A stretch of DNA of 61,941 nt, counting the filler, from Pirum gemmata (lineage: Eukaryota): the NCBI GenBank assembly GCA_002812295.1. It is 19 parts of 19 records of this genome, joined end to end, with 100 filler letters (N's around TTAATTAATTAA, not from the genome) between each part and the next. Parts side by side here need not be neighbours in the genome. Positions count along the whole stretch, not along the records: positions 58,859 to 61,941 come from PDIN01003554.1; 18 more parts are not named here. One strand, written 5' to 3'. The position numbers and the translations under genes were made by a program. The notes beneath the pieces are model-generated. The model was given only the letters and a program-made list of their open reading frames with translations. It did no database searches and was not told where the DNA came from. This document shows, piece by piece, positions 61,152-61,941 of the stretch; position 1 is the first letter of the stretch; each line of letters opens with the position of its first letter.

Positions 61152-61941
61152 GTTTTTTTTTTTTGGCTTTGCTTTTTTGACTCTTTTTTCAGGTTTTGGT
61201 TGTTTATCGATACAAAACACGATTTATGATGTAGACTTTACAAAAAGGCTCTGCTTTACTTGCAGGCTTTTAACACTTGGAGGCTTCATTTTCCTAGCTA
61301 GTAGCCATTGATAGCTAGCTAGCTAGGCTAGTAGTTGTAGTAGCTAGATCGTTTTCATTTTATATTTTATATTTTTTTTCTCCATTATCATACGTATATT
61401 CATAATAATATAAATATCATAATATATTATACTAGTAATAAAATCAAAGTTTAAAAATCCCCAACTCCCAAATTGTTACTATTGAATATTAGAAATTGTT
61501 CCACTTTTTACTTTTATTTACAGTAAGTACAACTAACCCATAACACCCGATGTTAACCCCTTACCCTAACGACTGTACTTAACTACACAGAAACAAACCC
61601 AAACACGGAACAGACAAATGCGTGAAGCAATAAGAACAAATTCAACAACAATTTTCACAACAACTTCTATAATAACACTGCAATAATAGAACGTATAATA
61701 ATACTAACCCTAATAATAATAATAATCATAATAATCATAATAATCATAACACTCATAATACTCATACTCATACTCATGCTCATACTCATACTCATACTCA
61801 TACTCATATTCATACTCATATTCATACTCATAATGTAAGCATAAGCATAAACATAAGCATAAGCATAAGCCTAAACATAAGCATAAACATAAGCATAGGC
61901 ATAAGCATAATCATAATCATAAGCATAAGCATAAGCATAAG

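Overview
This window is not one locus. It is 19 short, unrelated scaffolds (mostly about 3.1 kb, apparently size-sorted) from a very AT-rich, intron-containing microbial eukaryote, joined by 18 artificial 100-bp N-TTAATTAATTAA-N linkers, so adjacency across linkers means nothing. The standard genetic code, GT-AG introns, TTAGGG repeats and poly-Asn tracts, together with the gene set, suggest an amorphean protist or early-diverging opisthokont (inference). Recognisable genes: a GDP-sugar transporter, a Phactr/Bni4-type PP1 regulator, an ELO elongase (2 exons), the 3' exons of Ric-8, the 3' exons of a HECT E3 ligase, a SAM methyltransferase, WDR91 exon 1, an Agd3/CE18-like polysaccharide deacetylase, a SAP/HeH-like protein and several orphans. 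Non-coding DNA is dominated by at least seven families of non-autonomous TIR elements (TAA, TAG/CTA, TA, 4-bp and 8-bp target duplications), decayed L1-like and Penelope-like fragments, microsatellites and interstitial telomeric arrays. The most interesting signals are: (1) 'scar fields' of CTAG/TATGATA/8-10-bp micro-duplications that look like piled-up transposon excision footprints; (2) a hAT-like MITE carrying a (CCCTAA)n array; (3) CCCTAA arrays at intron branch-point positions; (4) the Agd3-like enzyme; (5) an overlapping -1-frame orphan ORF pair. All family assignments come from motif recognition by eye; no searches were run.
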